From: Malacoraja senta
Taxonomy: Eukaryota
Direction of reading: 5' to 3'
DNA length: 64,000 nucleotides
NCBI GenBank assembly: GCA_038087875.1
Contig: CM075991.1
Coordinates: 7,566,001 to 7,630,000, forward strand
The notes beneath the pieces were generated by a model that did not search any database, was not told where the DNA came from, and worked only from the letters and a program-made list of their open reading frames with translations. Below are positions 61,463 through 64,000 of the stretch, in pieces; positions within the stretch are counted from its first letter, which is position 1; each line of letters opens with the position of its first letter. A program made the translations under genes and the position numbers.

Positions 61463-62114
61463 CCAACTCTTTGTCTCACCCTTCCCCATACGGTGGACAA
61501 AGACCCCGCTTTCCCTGCACCTTGACGTGACTGAAAGTTTGCTGATCTGGCAACATCCTTTTGCAGGTCCACCATCGATATTCCTGGAACCTGGGGGTCT
61601 GTTGCCTTTAATATGGTCAAAATTACGAGAGTGCACCTGAAATCACCCCCGAAAATCTGGAGCCTCGGCCGGGGTGAGGCGGCTGATCTCGACCTCATCG
61701 GGACTTCCGCGGCCGATCGGCGGGTTGAATTTGCCCCCGGAGGCCGGGGCTCTGGAAGTCCAGCTTGGCTGGAGCCAGCAGATCCTTCCCCATAGCCAAC
61801 TTCCGAGGCCAATTTTGCAGACCAGTATCTCGGTCCATTGGAGGCCAACGTTCCAGCACCGTTGGACTCCTCTCGGAGGCCATGACCACTGTTGCTCCGG
61901 CAAAACGGATAATCCAGAAAGGCTCTGGAACCAAGAATGGCGGAAAATCGTTGGTGATCAATTCTGCAAACTGTCCTTAACATTGACATTTTTTTCTCAT
62001 GTGTGCTGCTTAGTAATGGCCACAACATTCTAACTGGCTGATCTTATGATTTTTCATCATCTTGCTTTTTAGATGACAATGGAGGCCATATTAAGATGCA
62101 AGGCCATCTTCAAG

Positions 62115-62565
62115 TTCGCAAGTTCACGTTATGGGTGTAGAATTAGGCCATTCAGCCCATCGAGTGCACTCCGCCATTTAATCATGGCTGATCTCTGCCT
62201 CCTGATCCTCCTGCCTCCAAAGTTTTCCTGCCTTCTCCCCATAACCCTTGACACCCGTTCTAATCAAGAATCTGCCTACCCCTGCCTTAAAAATATCCAT
62301 TAACTTAACCTCCACTGCCCTCTGTGGCAATGAGTTCCACGGATTAACTACCGTCTGACTAAACAAGTTCCTCCTCACCTCCTTTCTAAAAGAGCGTCCT
62401 TTAATTCTGAGGCTCTGACCTCTGGTCCTAGACTCTCCCACCAGTGGAAACATCCTTTCCACATCCACTCTAACTATGCCTTTCATTATTCTGTAGGTTT
62501 CAATGAGGTCCCCCCTCAACCTTCTAAACTCCAGCTAGTGGAGGCCCAGTGCTGTCAAACGTTCA
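62115..62565 (-). mobile_element. CR1 LINE 3' end
   Basis: RGDLIETYRIMKGIVRVDVERMFPLVGESRTRGQSLRIKGRSFRKEVRRNLF. Confidence 0.92.
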
Positions 62566-62639
62566 AGTTGAGGACTTAACTTAGCAAAGACAGATTTATG
62601 CTCATGCAGTTTCGTACACCCATGCTGGGAAATTGGATG

Positions 62640-63060
62640 ATTTTTCTGTGGCACCGTTCCACTTCTTTGAAGAGCTTGCTGCAGGTGGCCCCTGTTACTG
62701 GACCATGCAATATCTGCAGCATCTTCCAAATCCATTGGCAGGATAATTGAACCAAGGTCCTCTTCCAAGCCAAACATCTCCAGCTTGAAGACTCCAATTA
62801 CACTCCACCAGCTGTAACATCCAGGAGGGATGATTAACTTGGCCAACATCTGAAACAGGCACTCTGCTCCGCGGCGTCAAGAGAATGCCAGGGGGATAGA
62901 GGAGTCGTTGCAAGGATGTTGTCAACGCCTCCTTGAGAAGATTTCACACCCTCATTGACTTGTGTAATTCTCTGGGCCAAGTCCAAATCAATTGGAAAGA
63001 ACATCTCGAAGGGGACAGAGAATTTCAAGTCAGAATCAGTCAGAGGCCCAGTCTCAGTGT
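62640..63060 (+). mobile_element. Decayed RTE-clade LINE ORF fragment
   Basis: Broken frames read SIFQIHWQD...KRMPGG*RSRCKDVVNASL, compare RTE ILQIHWQD...GKRxxGGQRKRFKDxLKASL. Confidence 0.7.
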
Positions 63061-63327
63061 ATAATGTAGCACCCCACCCACTTGTACTGTCCCATCAACA
63101 CCTCCTAGTCTACAAAGGCACGTCCTACGCATCCCACATAAGACTTGTCAAGTCCCCAAAGGTGAAAGCAAGCCAACCAGCATCTGCAGTTCCTTCCTAC
63201 TCAACCGTGAGGCACTGCCTCAGAGGAAAAGTAATTTGACCTACAGTTGCCGTAAGAATCACCAATGCCAGGAGAGGTTGCAGATATTGTGAATGCCTCG
63301 AGCACACGTCATCAACTTGTTCATCGA

Positions 63328-63710
63328 AAAACAAGGAACAGCAGATTCCGATTTAACGAGGAACGATGCAAAATGCTGCAATAACTCAGCAGGTCAGGCA
63401 GCATCCCTGGAGAACATGGATAGGTGAGCCGAAACGTCACCAATCCATTTTCTCCATGGATGCTGCCTGACCCACTGAATTCCTCCTGCAGTTTGTTCCG
63501 ATCGACTTCAGGCTTTCTCCGGGGTCTCCGGTTTCCTCCCACACTCCAAAGACGTACAGATTTGTAGGCTGATTGGCTTGGTATAATTGTAAATTGTCCC
63601 TAGTGTGTGTAGGATCGTGTAAGTGTGTGGGGATCGCTGGTCAGCACGGATTCGGTGGGCCGAAGGGCCCGTTTCCACGCTGTATCTCTAAACTAAACCA
63701 AACTAAAACT
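63328..63710. mobile_element. Inverted PLE pair (63328-63500) followed by SINE 3' half (63512-63710, plus)
   Basis: caggtcaggcagcatccctggagaa / ttctccatggatgctgcctgacc arms; SINE V domain and tail. Confidence 0.75.
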
Positions 63711-63785
63711 CATTAATATTTAATTCATCATCCCCTAACATGTTTGCATGTTTACAGGATTCAATCAGTCAGTCCTTTGCCTGAA

Positions 63786-63878
63786 GGTACACAAAAATGC
63801 TGGAGAAACTCAGCGGGTGCAGCAGCATCTATGGAGCGAAGGAAATAGGCAACGTTTCGGGACGAAACCCTTCTTCAG
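63786..63878 (-). mobile_element. PLE module, subfamily B, 17-bp flanking duplication
   Basis: tcagtcctttgcctgaa at 63769-63785 and 63875-63891. Confidence 0.82.
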
Positions 63879-64000
63879 TCCTTTGCCTGAAATGTCTGCT
63901 GTTATTCTCTGGATCAAACGCAATTTTTTTTTTTTTTTTTAAGTTATATTTTCTCAATTTCAATTCCACTTCGCTTTTTTTGTGAATCTGATCTTCGTAA

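Noticed and set aside
61441..62033. Overlapping 119-195 aa ORFs
   Set aside because: GC-rich, stop-poor repeat-like sequence; no recognisable domain.

Overview
Eukaryotic, repeat-dense DNA with no recognisable host gene exon, rRNA, tRNA gene or CRISPR array; probably intergenic or deep intronic. The repeats (HE1-type tRNA-derived V-SINEs sharing a 3' tail with CR1/HER1-type LINEs, plus Deu-domain SINE remnants) point to a cartilaginous fish, probably a skate or ray (inference from remembered families, no search run). The window holds many truncated CR1, Rex1/Babar-like, L1, L2 and RTE LINE pieces, about 18 SINEs, PIF/Harbinger-type MITEs and two 200-N gaps. The most notable signal is a Penelope-like element (GIY-YIG C-terminus at 5580-5740) whose ~130-bp terminal module recurs about 30 times. 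The module carries a minimal type I hammerhead ribozyme core (CUGAAGA-A-GGGU[NNCG]RCCC-GAAAC-GUH), intact in at least five copies. Many copies are short stand-alone inserts with 9-17 bp flanking duplications or head-to-head palindromes. Hammerheads in Penelope-like elements are already known; their status in this lineage needs checking. Element boundaries are by eye and approximate unless a TSD or TIR is quoted.
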